This document shows positions 61,607 through 64,000 of a stretch of DNA of 64,000 bases, piece after piece. Position numbers and translations under genes: made by a program. The first letter of the stretch is position 1. Each line of letters begins with the position of its first letter. The notes beneath the pieces were generated by a model, which saw nothing but the letters and a program-made list of their open reading frames with translations, made no database searches and had not been told where the DNA came from. The stretch is from Eledone cirrhosa (lineage: Eukaryota). The DNA lies in contig OZ024743.1 in NCBI GenBank assembly GCA_964016885.1, positions 281,294,001 to 281,358,000 of the forward strand, written 5' to 3'.

Positions 61607-61927
61607 ATTTCTTTATTAACCACAAGGGTTTACATAAAATAGACATTAAGGACAGTGCAGGACAATACAGGACGGTACTAATGGGCATTTCTGCGTGTAA
61701 AAAACAAAAACAGAGGATGTAATAAAAAAAATAACAATGAAAAATTCCCCAATAGGGGGGAGATTTCCGAAGGACATTTGTGGAGAAAGCCCATTAAAAA
61801 GCCACAGTGACCCTGACCACCAGGGCAAGTGCCCTCTCCCAGTTTTCCTCCTTTAATTTAAAGACACATACTCAGAGTAGGCCCATTCACTCGGGCCATT
61901 CTTGCCTCTCTCATCCATCTTTCAACA
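61607..61927 (-). mobile_element. Tx1-like 3'-end fragment between (TAA)n tracts
   Basis: Homologous to 61943-62275; ends AATAAAGAAAT then (TTA)n. Confidence 0.85.
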
Positions 61928-61942
61928 ATAATAATAATAATG

Positions 61943-64000
61943 GTTTCTTTGTTGGCCACAATGGCTAACATGAAGAAAAACATTTGAGACGGCACAGAAT
62001 AGTACAGGACGATACAAAGTGGGTTTTGGTCGTGTAAACAGGTTATAACAAAATTGGGCTAGAAATCAAAAAAATTCAAACAACAAAAATTCCCCAAAAA
62101 GGGGGAAACCTCCGAGGGTCACTCGTGGCGAAAACGACACAAAAAGACCACGGCCACCCTGACCACCAGGGAAAGCACCCTCTCTCAGTTTTCCCATTCC
62201 TCAGTCTACAGGCGCATACTAAGAGCGGGCCCGTTCACTGGGACAAGACTCGCCACTTTCACCCACCTTTCAACAAACTTACAAGAAGATAGCACTTGCC
62301 TCTCCACCCTGATTTTCCTCTTCAAGTGAAACTTGAAAAAGTTAATCAGAGATTAACTTTTTCAACTCTTTCAACATTTCAACCTTGTCCACCACACAAT
62401 CTCTTTCGCCATGGCCACCAAGCAGATGAAAACTGCCTGCCCTTACTCCTCTTTAAAGGAGGATGGCGGGACTATCTGCACAATGGAATCAGTCGATAAC
62501 CGGATCCGTCCTACACGCGACAGCAGCTGTTCGACATAGCTCCACAAGTCAGCAATCCTTGGGCACTGAACGAGTGCGTGCAGGACGGTTTCGTCTCCCT
62601 GCGCACATCTCGGACAGGCTCGGCTGACAGCGCCTCCGTGCCTGTAGAGCTTATCCCGAACCGGCAACGCTCCCCGGTAGCACTGCCAGGCCAGGGATTT
62701 CTGGAAATTGTCCATAAGCCCCGGTCTGAAAGTTCTCTTGAAGAGAGCGAACAGCTGAACGCCTTCGACGCCCAGGGTCTCCCCGAGAACGTCGTCGCTC
62801 TTCCCTCCGAGGTGGATGTTCCACCAATACTAGTGCCCAGCTGGTAGAGAGCGGTGAGCGCTTGGAGACATTCCAGCTTCCAAGCGCTATCCCTCGGTCT
62901 TTTCCTGATCCAAGACTACAGCTCCGTCAAGGAGACGAGCTGGGGAAAAGTGCGTCTAGCAAACGGCGACCACACCTGTTCACCGCCAAGGAAGCACGAG
63001 AGATGTCGCAGCCTCAGCGCATGTTTGCGCATCATCAGCCACGGCATGCCTAGTCCTCCACGCAACGGGTGTTGACAGCAAATGGATCGTCTGACCATGG
63101 AAGCACGTCCCTTCCACAAAAAGCGGAAGAGAAGGCGCTCCATTTTGGTCAGAGTTGGGCGGGGGCAAGGTACGACGATCAGGCGGTAGCAGATGACGGA
63201 TGCTATGTACGCATTCGCCAACGCCTCCCAACCTTTCAGAGACAGCCTCCTCTCGGCCCATTTCTCGGTGAGAGAGGCCACCCTGCTCGTCACCTCGCTC
63301 CAGTTTTTCTCCATCTGGAGGTCCGGACCGAACCAGACCCCGAGCAATTTAACCGGTCCTACCGTCCAGCGCCCCACCACGCTGTCGGACGGCATGGACT
63401 TGCCTCTCCAGGTGCCGACTTTTCCTGGTTTATCTTTTCTCCTATCACCGCTTCGTATTCCTTGAGAGCGGTGCCGAGCATCTGGACATGTTTGGTGCTC
63501 GACACCACCACGGTGACGTCGTCGGCGTAAGCTGACACGGATCTCCCGCATCCCAGTTCGCGTGGGACCCCTCCTCATCGTCTCCAATATGTGCAGTAAC
63601 GGCTCTAGGGCCAGTACATACAAGAGGGATGAGAGGGGGAAACCCCGGCAGACCGAGCGCATGATGCTGAACGGCTGCGACAGGTGACCATTCACCCTCA
63701 CAATCGAGCAGATGTCGCTGTCGCTGTGCATAGCAACGATCCAGCCCCTAAAAACGGGCCCGAAGCCGGCCGCCTCGAGGACCGCAGCCAGGTACCGATG
63801 GTCGACACTATCAAATGCTTTAGATTGATCCAAGTTGATCAGGGCCCCATCCGTGCCAGGTTCCTTAACCACCCTCTCTATGACGTATCGCATGAGATGG
63901 AGGTTGTCGTGGATGGATCTGTCCGGAATGGTGCATGCCTGCGCCTCTCCCACCAGATCACCGACGACAAGCGCCAATCTCTTTGTTAACACCTTGGCCA
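61943..64000 (-). mobile_element. Tx1-like LINE ORF2 3' part (second subfamily), runs off the window
   Basis: SIHDNLHLMRY, DQSKAFD, YADD (shifted frame), GGLGMPWLMMR, CPRC..HALVQC. Clear paralog of 9024-10850. Confidence 0.92.

Overview
AT-rich, microsatellite-saturated animal genomic DNA. The SINE families and the CATA/GATA/TA/CAC repeat landscape suggest an octopod cephalopod (inference). No host protein-coding gene can be supported, and most ORFs in the track are simple-repeat artefacts. The window is a transposon patchwork: a near full-length Tx1/L1-type LINE sitting in (GATA)n, a head-to-tail Tx1 array in (TAA)n, two R4/Dong-type LINEs in (CATA)n, RTE fragments and a non-autonomous RTE derivative, Penelope-like elements (PLE), mariner/Tc1 derivatives and tRNA-SINEs. 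A tandem duplication of about 7.5 kb carries GC-box, GGGGT and large (GGT)n-type satellites. The most striking hidden feature is about a dozen type I hammerhead ribozyme motifs from at least seven unrelated sequence families, all read and folded by eye. They include two independent cores with the compensatory U3-A8 variant, double hammerheads on 300-bp palindromes (one per strand), and hammerheads inside non-coding units with terminal direct repeats that look like retrozymes or PLE pseudo-LTRs.
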